This document shows positions 11,460-24,579 of a stretch of 64,000 nt of DNA, in pieces. The notes under the pieces are model-generated. The model did no database searches, was not told the DNA's origin, and worked only from the letters and a program-made list of their open reading frames with translations. Source of the DNA: Octopus bimaculoides (Eukaryota); NCBI RefSeq assembly GCF_001194135.2, contig NC_069001.1, positions 21,618,810-21,682,809 on the forward strand. The letters run 5' to 3'. Numbering within the stretch: the first letter of the stretch is position 1; each line of letters begins with the position of its first letter. A program made the translations under genes and the position numbers.

Positions 11460-13130
11460 TCTTAAGAAATCCGCCTGCCTCGCTCCAGTCGGTCGTACAC
11501 AGTGACTAGTCTAAAAGAACAACTCACATTCACGACCACCATCATATCATCCGGGTCCAGGAAGGTCATCCGTACTTCGAGATCCAGTCCTTTTCTGAAG
11601 AGCACTGCTACTCGGCCTCCTTTCCTTGGCCGACGAAGAGATCTCAAAGACGTCGAAAATAGGAATTAGAACTTGTGTGTCGAAAATGTTGGTCTCACCC
11701 GACGGCTGTCACATCCATATCTAGTGACCTGATGTCAATGAACCGGCGAACTTACTTCCAGGGTGGTCCCAGGCCACGAACATTTATATAACCTACTTAT
11801 AGTGACCGGACACAGTTCAGAGAAGAAAAGGTGCAGGTTTACTCAACTAAGTTAGAGGTCAGAGGTTCGACATCAGTATTAATACTATACGTAACTTTTA
11901 CATTAGTGTGTCCCACATCGTGTGGGAGGCTCTCCCTAATGTTTTTCTACGTTCCCAGTGCATCAGTGTGTCTGGAACTTGAACTACACTGGTAGATCTC
12001 AAACTCTCTTGATGTCCTTTTTTCTTTTTTCATGCTATCAGGGCCGTCAATTCTTTCTTAGCCCTCCTCAATAACACGAAGTTTTGCGTTTGTGTTGTTG
12101 ATTATTGCTTTTGAGTGAATATTCTTTTAGTGAGTTTCTGCGGTTATGATAGTGTTGATGGAGTTGGTGGTGCTATTGATGGATGTGTTGACGATTGTGG
12201 CGCTGGAGGGGTTGATGTTGGTGTACATGTGTCTGTGATTGTTGTGGTTGTATTTTGTATGTTTCTTGGTGTGTATGTGTATTGGTGTGAGGAATGATGA
12301 AGTGTGTTTTATATCTATTTGACTTTTGCTTGGTTTTGAGGATTCGTCCTCATTTTCACTTCATGATGCAAACATTTAGTAACTGTTACAAATGGGTGAG
12401 ATTCTATGTGTGTATTTGAGTTTAGAGGAGACGAAGAGAGAAGGAGTGCTTCGCTGGGAGAGTCCCTGGGTGTTTTGTCCGTAATATCTTCTTGCTGCTG
12501 TTGAAGTCGGTTTTTGTGCATTTGCTGGTGGTGTTTGTGGTGCTGTTGGTGTTTTGGGTACTACTGTTGTTGCTGTTGTTCCAGCACTTACTAATTCTTC
12601 TGTTTCTGTTGTAGATGCTACCGTTGTTCCCAGGGTTAATATCGATTTTGTCGTTCGCCGGTGGTTTGGCTTTGGGGATTTTCGGGATTTGGTGTTGGCA
12701 GTAAGAGAGAACTGTGGTTTTCTGTCTTCTGATGAGTACACAAAGCTTTGAAGTGGCCTATCTCACCACAGAGGTAGCACCGAAGCCTTCTGCCATTAAC
12801 CGAAACATGCATTTCCTTCCCTCCAGAAAGGCGAATAAGGTATGGAATCTTGTGGATAGTGTCTGGCTTGATGTGGAGTAATACATCGACATTAATCCCA
12901 GATCAGTTTTCACGACGGGTTCGCATCACCCACAGGATGATTTTACCTCCTTCCAAGACGATGTATGTTAAATCCACCCTATATTCACCTCAAGTGGAAT
13001 CCCTGAGATCTTCACTCTCACTGTGTTGTCTCCTAAATCTAATGGATGGAGAATATATTTATAGCTCTACGTCTAGAGCTTCACACTTGAAGATCACTGA
13101 AATGCCCCGAATGAAGTGACTCTAATAAAT
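11460..13130 (-). mobile_element. Tx1/L1-clade LINE 5' portion: ORF1 with CCHC zinc knuckle and start of the ORF2 AP endonuclease
   Basis: CYLCGEIGHFKALC at 12738-12779, followed by a Thr/Pro-rich ORF1 tail; VGYINVRGL and GGRVAVLFRKGL..FRLVTVY endonuclease motifs at 11460-11810; stops and frameshifts present. Confidence 0.85.
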
Positions 13131-13245
13131 ATCCGTTAGATGATCATTAAGTACCTCGTTTATAGATGTTCACTTGTTACGAAAACAGCTTATCGTTACA
13201 TAGGCTGTTGGGCAATCGTTTGACATATATATGCGCGCGCGTGTG

Positions 13246-13388
<143 letters not shown>

Positions 13389-16300
13389 ATTGATAGCGTT
13401 GTCAGTATATATGTTTATGCGTTCATACTATTGCAGATATGTGTGTCGTTGAGTTATGTCTGTTTATAAATGTGTATGTATGCATAAGTAAACACTTGTG
13501 TATATGTAAACGGTCTATGTATATGGACACTTGAGTATCATAAATATATTGACATCAATTTATATAGTGCGGACAATATATTTTTTTAAACATTAATCGC
13601 ATGCCACAGATATTATTACTATACACTAATATATTCAGAAATGTTAGAAACTTTTATCTAGTTCCACAACCAGCCAACATTAAAATATCCTTCAAGTTAG
13701 CCATAACATCGCAATAATGAAAATAGAACCTAAACTAGGAAAGATGTTTACAGACAATATAACTAAACAAATGTAATGCTATACGATGTACATACTGAGT
13801 TTGCAAAATATAATAGAATATAAATAGAGAGAAATTTTGTTACTCGCTCATACGCTATCCGCAGATGAAGATGATTTTCAAGAAAGTTTTACATAAAAAA
13901 ATATAAAAAGAGTGAATTTATTCAATATATACATTTAATTCAGCTCTGTTCGTTATATTAGTAATATATGGAATTCGAGATGTCAACAACATATTTTATT
14001 ATAGAAGGGTTTTTCATAAATGCAACTATATAAACTACCACATATATTTACATTAGATATTTATATATTTATAAAAATACTGAAATAAAATAACATGATA
14101 AAAATTATTGGCATAATGCGAAAACTTCTTTATTATGCATATATTTATTACTGGGAGCTAAAAAAAATTCAATTATTAGAATGATATAATTTCAAAAATA
14201 AGCAATATTCAATTGGTTAAATTAAATACTTGAAGGGTAATTTCATTTTTTAAATCGCCAATTTACTACTTTTGAAGAGAAGGAAACTAAAAGTATTAAT
14301 ATTACTTGTGAGCAAGGACGTATTATGCAAGTGGTTCATAATTGTATTTTCCTATATATTTCAATTTCAGTTTGTTCAAGCACATTTTATTCAACGAATG
14401 ACCAAATAAGTATCGTAGAATGACCAAATAAATAACGCCAAATTTCGTACATAGAAGCAGCAATAATCCAGCAGCAAACAAGAGGACAGCTGGAACGAAA
14501 CAAGAATGGAAAATCAAAGACAATTTAATGCAACTTGATGAAGAAAAGCATGAGTACAATTTTCTAAGAGTAGGGATAAAATACTTCGGTCCAAAATATT
14601 AGGTGATTTAGACATGCACGAGAACAACATTTTCGTAAACTATAAAACAATACTCAGTCAAGTCTCTATGGTCCTTTGTGTAATCATATTTCGAGGAAGT
14701 ATATTCGCCATTTCGTCGTTTTCTTGACGAAATTCATCGATTTCTATTATTGTTAGAATAGTTCTTCAGGACATCCATTATTAATTTTCGAAGAGTGTTG
14801 CTAGCTTGTCATACAAAAATTAAGACAAATCTTCCATGGTATTCACTGTTGGGAAGGTCTGAAATACAACAGCATCTGGGAAGTCTGTTTCAGTATTAAA
14901 CATATTTAAAAATTCTTCCTTTGCCCAGTTCAGCAAAATAATTTTCACGGGGGGCTAGCCGATTAAAGGCAGCAATACCAATGTTGTTCGGACATTTGAA
15001 AGCTGCCATAGTTATCTAGAAATGCAAAATTTCGTATTGTCTCCAAACGGAAGACATTTAGTTGCAAGCATGATTTACGAAAATCCATCAGTACTTCGTT
15101 TGCATTTCTTGGAGAATTTTTCAAATTTCTCTAGTGGGGACTAGTGATAACCCTTCAAATATTTGCTCAACGTTCATTACATTTTAGGCGTACAATTCAA
15201 AGCTTCAAGACCTCGAAGGCACGCTGGAGGGATTGTCTCACATCAGAAGTGTCTTTCATACACAAACCACGCAAGGACACATTTATGGCGGAAGATGAAT
15301 ATTTTCTACATTTAAATTTCATGTGACGTTAATTTCTTTAAAATAAAATTATTGTAGAAATCGGTCATTTCAGGAGATACCATGAAACAGATAAGCAAAT
15401 GTTCCCAGTTTTGGTGTTGTAGTAGCCCCTATCGAAAAAAAACTTCTAAATACATGTGTTTCTTATTCTCCGTTCACCGGTATGTCTCTAATCTTCCTAT
15501 TAACCAAGCCTTGTGTTGTTATTCTTATCCTTGAGTGTTAAACACTCTCCTGATATTTAATTTGTTTTTCTGTCTTGAAATATAAGACTTATTTTCTTTT
15601 GAATTTGTAACACACCACAAGTTTATGTAGAGCTCTTTCATATGTATGAACACGAGTATGCAAAGTTTGTTTTGTTTAACAAAACGGCACGTGAAATCTG
15701 ATGTACGATTAACATATATATTTAGCCAGCAAGTCTCACGAGTCGCCTATATTGCCAAGTGTAATAATAGACGTGAAAACAATGGTAGCTTTCTGTCTGG
15801 CCATCACCAACAACTGCATAAAATATTACTCCTCAGAAATTTTGTTAGACTGTAGTTCTTTTCAGATTTATGGACAGCGCACAAACACCCCCACACACAC
15901 GCACACACACACGTGTGAGTGTAAGTGTGTGTGCGTTTGTGCATGTATGCGTGTGTGTGTTTGTGTGTGTATGCGCATGTGTGTTTGTGTGTGCCACCAC
16001 ATAATTTTTCTTTCTCATATTTCATTCAATGCATATCCATTAATTGGAGGTTATAGGAAAAGATACATGCACAGTGTAACGCACATTAGAAGGGAATATA
16101 CTACGAAGTAGTTGCATCCAACTTAACACATAATTAATCTACGCCATTAACTTAACTAATAATCAATGGGTAGGAATTATTATCCCCTTAGGTTGAATGC
16201 AGCAAACTGAAGTTGACGTGCATCTGCTTCACTCAGTTTTACAGATTTCTTATTCGTCTCTGCGAGACTACAAAGAAATGTTTTAAAAGCGAAGGAATAT

Positions 16301-16980
16301 ATAAAACGTGGTGTCGTTAATTAGTTTAACTTATATCTTCAATTTTTTTTTATCGTTTCACGATNNNNNNNNNNNNNNNNNNNNNNNNNNNNNNNNNNNN
16401 NNNNNNNNNNNNNNNNNNNNNNNNNNNNNNNNNNNNNNNNNNNNNNNNNNNNNNNNNNNNNNNNNNNNNNNNNNNNNNNNNNNNNNNNNNNNNNNNNNNN
16501 NNNNNNNNNNNNNNNNNNNNNNNNNNNNNNNNNNNNNNNNNNNNNNNNNNNNNNNNNNNNNNNNNNNNNNNNNNNNNNNNNNNNNNNNNNNNNNNNNNNN
16601 NNNNNNNNNNNNNNNNNNNNNNNNNNNNNNNNNNNNNNNNNNNNNNNNNNNNNNNNNNNNNNNNNNNNNNNNNNNNNNNNNNNNNNNNNNNNNNNNNNNN
16701 NNNNNNNNNNNNNNNNNNNNNNNNNNNNNNNNNNNNNNNNNNNNNNNNNNNNNNNNNNNNNNNNNNNNNNNNNNNNNNNNNNNNNNNNNNNNNNNNNNNN
16801 NNNNNNNNNNNNNNNNNNNNNNNNNNNNNNNNNNNNNNNNNNNNNNNNNNNNNNNNNNNNNNNNNNNNNNNNNNNNNNNNNNNNNNNNNNNNNNNNNNNN
16901 NNNNNNNNNNNNNNNNNNNNNNNNNNNNNNNNNNNNNNNNNNNNNNNNNNNNNNNNNNNNNNNNNNNNNNNNNNNNNNNN

Positions 16981-17014
<34 letters not shown>

Positions 17015-17080
17015 TGTCTGTGTACATACACATACACACACACGCACACACATATATAAGCACACACATGTATATATATA

Positions 17081-17460
17081 CAGGGTGGGTCATAAATATG
17101 GGACACGTTTTGAATGCTAGTGTCTTGGATGATATAAGTGACATGGAGTAGCAAATATATTTATTACATATCTGATATACAGGAGTTCAACATATTATTT
17201 AAGACTTTACGATTTTTTCCAGGTAGTTGGTGTTGGTGACCCTCATAATATCGTGGACTCCAAAAGAAATTGAATGCGTGGTCGAAGCACACTTCTCTAG
17301 CTAAAGATCCATTGTTGCGACACAAAGATAATTCGGATTGAATTTTGGAAAGCAATAGCCACCATCCCAAGATGTGATCCTGCATACTGTTACAAACTTC
17401 TCTGAGAGAAAACATTCCTGCGCCACCTAATGACGTTTACTTTAGAAAACAGAAGACTTT
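17081..17460 (+). mobile_element. Internally deleted Tc1/mariner element (DUF4817-type N-terminus)
   Basis: TA plus CAGGGTGGGTCATAAATATGGGACAC terminus; ISWTPKEIECVVEAHFSS*RSIVATQR*FR (N-terminal HTH-like) fused to IPQDVILHTVTNFSER (C-terminal motif); right terminus not found. Confidence 0.65.
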
Positions 17461-17681
17461 GTTAAACGCTTACGGTGGAAAACCTTACAGTTTGACGGAG
17501 AATTACCTATAACAGCCCCTGAAAATTTCCGTATTAAATCTCGAAAATTTCCTCCACGTGTTAAAGATCTTATCCCATTCGAGACCGATTTGCTGAACCT
17601 TATTTCTACGATTTGGTTTAGTAAGTGTACTTTAATCTGTTTCGGTAGTTATAGATATACGACTATTTAAAAACTAGTAAG

Positions 17682-17980
17682 TACACTGAAGGGTAAAGTT
17701 AATCGCCACATCGAAGTGGCTGTTCCATTTTACTACTGGTTTAAACGCCTGGTACTTGCGACTTAAAATGAGCCAAGTAGATTGAAACTGAGTCGGTCTC
17801 GCGAACCTGATATCTGCTAGACGATAGTAGGAATTTGCCCACCTTGGTAGTAAATATATGTATATACAAGATGCAGTGCCACACCGATAACCAGCTGGCG
17901 GAATATCTACCTAGGGTTAAACTAGTAGTAATATGGATCGGCCACTTTGATGTAGCGCTTAATTTTAGTCATTAGTACAG
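17682..17980. mobile_element. MITE with about 65-bp imperfect terminal inverted repeats (Tc1-like TA-CAC start)
   Basis: 17682-17744 versus the reverse complement of 17917-17980, roughly 75% identical by eye; related copy at 63075-63225. Confidence 0.7.
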
Positions 17981-19899
17981 TTACTGCTCTCATCTCTTCT
18001 GGAGATTTTACAACTAGTTATTTTGGTTATATATATATATATATATATATATNNNNNNNNNNNNNNNNNNNNNNNNNNNNNNNNNNNNNNNNNNNNNNNN
18101 NNNNNNNNNNNNNNNNNNNNNNNNNNNNNNNNNNNNNNNNNNNNNNNNNNNNNNNNNNNNNNNNNNNNNNNNNNNNNNNNNNNNNNNNNNNNNNNNNNNN
18201 NNNNNNNNNNNNNNNNNNNNNNNNNNNNAACATCCAGACAGGTGATATAAAAATGGGGACAATAAACCATCCAGATAGACGATACAGATAGACGGAGTTT
18301 TCTATCCTCGGTCGAGTTCCAGATTATTTTTGCAATTTCGGCTGGTTATACTCGAGATTGCTTCAATCTTGCCAGCCCCAAGGAAAAACTAAGCTAAGAG
18401 CATTAGATTCCTTGGAAGGAAGCAGCGAATGTATACGAAGACAAGGACGGAAAGAAAACGGAGAAATGTTACACAAATACATAAACAATTAACAGGACAT
18501 AACAGCGTATGTCTTACGACTAAGGACGAAATAAATTAAGCTGGCGTGTGTGGAAGAAAAGCCTTACGGTAGAGACATACGTTTAGACGGGCACAGGGAG
18601 GAAAATAGATGTTTCACGGATGGTAGTCGAACCAAGAAAGAAAGGTCAGGCTTGGCCGAACATCGGTCACGTGGGTAGAGAGAAAAGAGGGAGGTAGAAG
18701 CTGAGAGATAGAAGAATTAAGGAGGGGCGAGAAAAAATGAATGGGACACAATGAAATGAAAGAGGAGAGAAAGTGAGCATGAAGAAAAGGCCAGGAAATG
18801 TGATAGAGGGGAACGAAAGAGCGAAGGGTGGAATGAACGAAGTGTGAAAGGGCTGATAGAAAAAGAAAATGAAAGAATAGAAAAAATAATAGAGTCGTAC
18901 AAAATTTATATATATATATATATATATGAATACACAAGAGGAATCCACTCATGGGATTCCTTACGCTAGAAAGAACAGCTAGCTTCTAGAACCCAAAAAT
19001 TTGGGAAAGATAAAAACTTTTAATGGTAAAAGTTTTTATTTTTCATTTCATTCCTTTAAATATTTAAATATACACTGTACCTTATGAGTAATTCATGGTC
19101 TTTGGACTAAACTTTTATACGCTAGGCCACTTGGAAGTGAAAATTTTATTAATTTCCATTTCCCTTTGATNNNNNNNNNNNNNNNNNNNNNNNNNNNNNN
19201 NNNNNNNNNNNNNNNNNNNNNNNNNNNNNNNNNNNNNNNNNNNNNNNNNNNNNNNNNNNNNNNNNNNNNNNNNNNNNNNNNNNNNNNNNNNNNNNNNNNN
19301 NNNNNNNNNNNNNNNNNNNNNNNNNNNNNNNNNNNNNNNNNNNNNNNNNNNNNNNNNNNNNNNNNNNNNNNNNNNNNNNNNNNNNNNNNNNNNNNNNNNN
19401 NNNNNNNNNNNNNNNNNNNNNNNNNNNNNNNNNNNNNNNNNNNNNNNNNNNNNNNNNNNNNNNNNNNNNNNNNNNNNNNNNNNNNNNNNNNNNNNNNNNN
19501 NNNNNNNNNNNNNNNNNNNNNNNNNNNNNNNNNNNNNNNNNNNNNNNNNNNNNNNNNNNNNNNNNNNNNNNNNNNNNNNNNNNNNNNNNNNNNNNNNNNN
19601 NNNNNNNNNNNNNNNNNNNNNNNNNNNNNNNNNNNNNNNNNNNNNNNNNNNNNNNNNNNNNNNNNNNNNNNNNNNNNNNNNNNNNNNNNNNNNNNNNNNN
19701 NNNNNNNNNNNNNNNNNNNNNNNNNNNNNNNNNNNNNNNNNNNNNNNNNNNNNNNNNNNNNNNNNNNNNNNNNNNNNNNNNNNNNNNNNNNNNNNNNNNN
19801 NNNNNNNNNNNNNNNNNNNNNNNNNNNNNNNNNNNNNNNNNNNNNNNNNNNNNNNNNNNNNNNTATATATATATATATATATAGGAGGCTATGAGCGGT

Positions 19900-20748
19900 A
19901 GTGGTGTCAATTAGACACAGAGGTTTCAGGTAATGCTGAGTAAGTGGTATGAATAGGCCATAGTTAAGCTCCACGTTCGGTGATTATGCGTAAAAGGGGT
20001 CTAACGTAGGTCATATATCAACGTGTGAAAATAAGGAATTACTATTCGTATTTTGTGCACATGTGTGTGTGTTTATGACCAAACAATGTGCATGTGTATA
20101 GTGTATGTATGTTGGTGAACGTTATCTTTGCCTATGTATGTTGCGTGTGTTAATGCGTGTAGCGTGTGTTTGTATATATTATCTGTGTTTAGGTATGTTA
20201 TGCTTGTGTGGGTTTGGGAGTATACATTCAAGTGCTATGTGTTTGTGAGGGTGAGAGCGTGTACTAAGTTAAACAATGTGTGTGGTTGTTCATAAAGCGG
20301 TATGTGCTGGCGCTATTGAAGTTCCTGTGGGTGTGTGGATAATGGTGTGTGGTGTGGGTGCTGAGAAGTGGGCAGTGCTAGTGTGTGTGCACTAGTTGGT
20401 ATCAAACGAAGAGAGGAGGTGAGATTTGTATCAGATGACGAGAGGAGGTGAGATTTGTATCAGATGACGAGAGGAGGTGAGATTTGTATCAGATGACGAG
20501 GGGAGGTGAGTTGAGTCCACGTGGTGAAAAGGGGCGAAGAGAATAGATTAATTCCTGAACACGGCGAAGGCGAGAGTCCAGATGGCTCCAGTACAAAGAC
20601 AGTCTGAACACAAACAGATGTTGTAGCGAATGACCAGTAGACGGGAAATGATGCGAGACCAGGGTATCATTGCTGAGTTTAATGTCTGGGAGGTGCTCTG
20701 CGAACCGTTCAGCCACGCGGTGTCCCGGTTGACCGATATACAGGTATA
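19900..20748 (-). mobile_element. Penelope-like element 3' part: GIY-YIG C-terminus and 3' UTR
   Basis: AERFAEHLPDIKLSNDTLVSHHF..GHSLQHL..EL..SL..FSPRGLN; homologous to 25310-25530; upstream part lost in the gap. Extent of the UTR approximate. Confidence 0.8.
20411..20510. repeat. 29-bp tandem repeat, about 3.5 copies
   Basis: gagaggaggtgagatttgtatcagatgac at 20411, 20440 and 20469, plus a partial unit from 20498. Confidence 0.95.
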
Positions 20749-21614
20749 NNNNNNNNNNNNNNNNNNNNNNNNNNNNNNNNNNNNNNNNNNNNNNNNNNNN
20801 NNNNNNNNNNNNNNNNNNNNNNNNNNNNNNNNNNNNNNNNNNNNNNNNNNNNNNNNNNNNNNNNNNNNNNNNNNNNNNNNNNNNNNNNNNNNNNNNNNNN
20901 NNNNNNNNNNNNNNNNNNNNNNNNNNNNNNNNNNNNNNNNNNNNNNNNNNNNNNNNNNNNNNNNNNNNNNNNNNNNNNNNNNNNNNNNNNNNNNNNNNNN
21001 NNNNNNNNNNNNNNNNNNNNNNNNNNNNNNNNNNNNNNNNNNNNNNNNNNNNNNNNNNNNNNNNNNNNNNNNNNNNNNNNNNNNNNNNNNNNNNNNNNNN
21101 NNNNNNNNNNNNNNNNNNNNNNNNNNNNNNNNNNNNNNNNNNNNNNNNNNNNNNNNNNNNNNNNNNNNNNNNNNNNNNNNNNNNNNNNNNNNNNNNNNNN
21201 NNNNNNNNNNNNNNNNNNNNNNNNNNNNNNNNNNNNNNNNNNNNNNNNNNNNNNNNNNNNNNNNNNNNNNNNNNNNNNNNNNNNNNNNNNNNNNNNNNNN
21301 NNNNNNNNNNNNNNNNNNNNNNNNNNNNNNNNNNNNNNNNNNNNNNNNNNNNNNNNNNNNNNNNNNNNNNNNNNNNNNNNNNNNNNNNNNNNNNNNNNNN
21401 NNNNNNNNNNNNNNNNNNNNNNNNNNNNNNNTATATATATATATATATCGATTTAAAAAAAGAGCTAAAATCTGATCCATTTAAAAGACTTTATTATGAC
21501 CTATGAACATTTCGATGCAATATCCAGATCGATTCATGCATATTATAAAATATGGGATATTCTATCTCTTCAGGGTCGTATTAATACAAAGCAGACAGTA
21601 AAAATCAGTAAAAA

Positions 21615-22529
21615 TAGACAACATTCATAGACAACATTCATAGTTACATGTAAATAAACAAGTTGAAAAGACATGAGTCATAATACAACCGTAGAGCATA
21701 TCCGTTTTGAAACCGTAAGAAGATCAAGCAAATGATAATTGATTCATATCTATGATGTTATGCTGTGAAGTTCGATAACGAACCAATACAGAACGCTATA
21801 CATTTCGAAAAAGAGTAATTTTCCTGTGAATATTGTATTTAAACTTCATCACTAAGGTAATGAACTTAATTCGTTTGTAACTTGTTAACTACAATTTGAA
21901 TGTATTCTAATGTAGTTCAGTTTTCTTCATTTTTACTCATTTTTTAAATACTTTTGATAGCAGTAATTAAAAACCTAAATAGAATCTTTATATATATATA
22001 TATATATNNNNNNNNNNATATATATATATGCTTATTTTTTTACTTTTATTTTCTATAACCTATTGGGCTTAAATAACCATATGAGGCTTTTTACTTCTAA
22101 ATCCTAACTTAATATAAGGGCTTGTTTAGATTATGTATACTTAAGTTGATTATTTGGTATATTATATATTGACATTACTTATTAGATCTATTTCCATTTG
22201 ACCATTAACTTGTATAAAAAATATTTTTTTATGTTTTTATATTTTTTAATTTTTTTAATATCTAACGGTTTTTTTTTCATCGGTCTGAATTTTTTATTTA
22301 CTTTCATAACTCCAACAGTCTTTTTCGAAATGTACAGCGTTCTGTATTGGTTCGTTATCGAACATCACAGCATAACATCATAAATTTGCATCAATTATCA
22401 TTTGCTTGGTCTTCTTACGGTTTCAACACGGATATGCTGTACGGTTGTATTACGACTCATGTCTTTTCAACTTGTTTATTTACATGTAATTATAGGTCAA
22501 CTATGAATGTTGTCTATGAATGTTGTCTA
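21615..22529. mobile_element. Foldback/non-autonomous DNA element with about 200-bp terminal inverted repeats (TAG...CTA ends)
   Basis: 21615-21814 versus the reverse complement of 22319-22529, about 90% identical with one 10-bp indel; AT-rich spacer that includes a 10-N gap. Confidence 0.8.
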
Positions 22530-22580
22530 GTTGATTTCTCAACCTCTAACTCACGCGCACACACACATGCACACACACAC

Positions 22581-22639
<59 letters not shown>

Positions 22640-22915
22640 CATATATACATATCTATAGATCTATATATTTATATATATGTATGTAAATATATATATTTAG
22701 GTATATCTTTGAGCATGTGCTTTTCACGCATCAGCACATGGAAACCGGTGTTGGTTTGTGTAGTCTCCGTAACTTAAGCTTAAATGTGATCAACGGAATA
22801 AGTATCAGTTTAAAAAAATAAGTACCGGGGTCGATTTGTTTGACCAAACTCTTCAACTATTATAGCAAGGTCACGATGTAATAACTAACCAAACAAAAGA
22901 TAAAACATAAAAGAA

Positions 22916-22958
<43 letters not shown>

Positions 22959-24579
22959 CGGACGTGCATTTGTGCATCTTGAATTTCTACTTCATATTCT
23001 CCTTTAATGTCTGAATAAGACACATTTCATATGCGTACCTTTCTAGTCGTACGTATATGAAATGTACTGTATTATGTTCCAATTTGTATGGTGTCATATG
23101 TCACGTAAAAGTTGCAGTAACTTGTTTGCTTTATTTATTGGCTTTATTTTCTTACTTTTGGCAATAAATATACTTGCATCACTTGCGATGACAAATTAAG
23201 TAAAATATATAAATATGATATTGTTTCTTATTTGACTACTGCTGCAGGAAACTGACTCTTTTCCCGTTGTATAATGGTAGTATTTGATATCCATTTTGTT
23301 TCACCTTGTGAAGCGAATAGAATAAAACGGAACGTCATTAATAAAGTAAGCGACTGGAAATAAGAGCCTGCTGTGAAATCAAAGATTCTGATTGGCCCGC
23401 AAACGAGATAGCAGAGTTTGTTTGGTGATACAGAGCCTTCAAAATAAATCTTAGGCAAATACATTTCATTTTTTTTTTTGCTCGTATTTTTCACCTAGCG
23501 AATATCGCCATTTAATGAACCGTGTATGACTCGAGAACATGCCAAACAATGATATTATTTTATAACGTTGTCTCTGTATTATGTTTCTGGAGAGAGATTA
23601 ATCGATTAAAGGAAGATTTTTTTTTCTGTAGTTTGTTTTGCGCACAGACTATATGTATCAGAACAAAGCCAAATATATCGCGAGAGCTTGTAATAGTTTT
23701 ACGAACTAATACTAGAAGTCCGATTAAGAATGTTTTTTTTAATAAATCGATGAGACATATACAAGTATATAAATATAATCTATGATCAAGATATTTTTGT
23801 CACTTAATCGAATTCCTTCATGGCACAGATGAGTTTATTCAAAACAAGTATAAAAACTATGCCATTCGACGACCAAAGGTGTATTTCAGGAGTGATGTTA
23901 CAAGCTTGCACAGTTTGAAATACATGTGTCTGTTTGAAACAAATTCCCGAACAGATTTGCGAAACTCTTTGCCATAGTGTATTTATGAATGAGACTTTGC
24001 GGCCAGTTGAACTAATTTATATCACAATAACAGATGATATCAGTAACTATATCAGTTTTACTTTCCAAATTAAATTTCGGTAGAAGTTGATTTTTTTTAC
24101 TTCTTTTAACCAAATTGAAGACCGTTAGATTACTTATATATAAAGGAGTGAAGACAATCTTAATGTTCACATATGGAAAGCAAATATATAATTTTTGTAT
24201 AGTAAATCTCCATCCAAACGACGGTTCTATTGCTAACACAAATAATATTTAAAAAGTGAGATCCATCCAACTGAAGAGAAATGCACGTGTAATTTCAAGA
24301 AATCTTTGATTTTGTTTCCTTCCCTAAGTCTATTCTGGCACGTTAAACGTAATATGTCTTTCCTGAAGGTTTCAGTCGATCGTTCAGAAATACAATGCAT
24401 GTGTAATATACGGATCCTGATATACTTCATTTCAATTCTGTGATTACGAAGCTGCAACCATAGCAATGTGGTGAAGAAAATTAGCCTCTCACGCATCCAC
24501 TTCCGAGCCCAATACAGCTAAACAGAATCGTTATCAAGAATACCTTTGCTTAGAAAAACAAATTCTGGATAGAATATGG

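Noticed and set aside
14735-14775. Minus-strand CTGAAGA..GAAA-TCGAT with palindromic ATCGAT
   Set aside because: The triplet would be AUG (not cleavable), helix II closure mismatches and helix I is absent.
18280-18420. Minus-strand ggctgg..ccagcc-GAAA-ttgcaa, resembling the right half of a hammerhead, in a repeat-like region
   Set aside because: No CUGANGA core and no valid NUH or helix I; the element could not be classified with confidence.
24265-24315. HHR-like string ccaa CTGAAGA gaaat..atttc aa GAAA t..att ttg upstream of a PLE
   Set aside because: Two-nt insertion before GAAA, only 3-bp helix I and an AUU triplet; compatible with chance.
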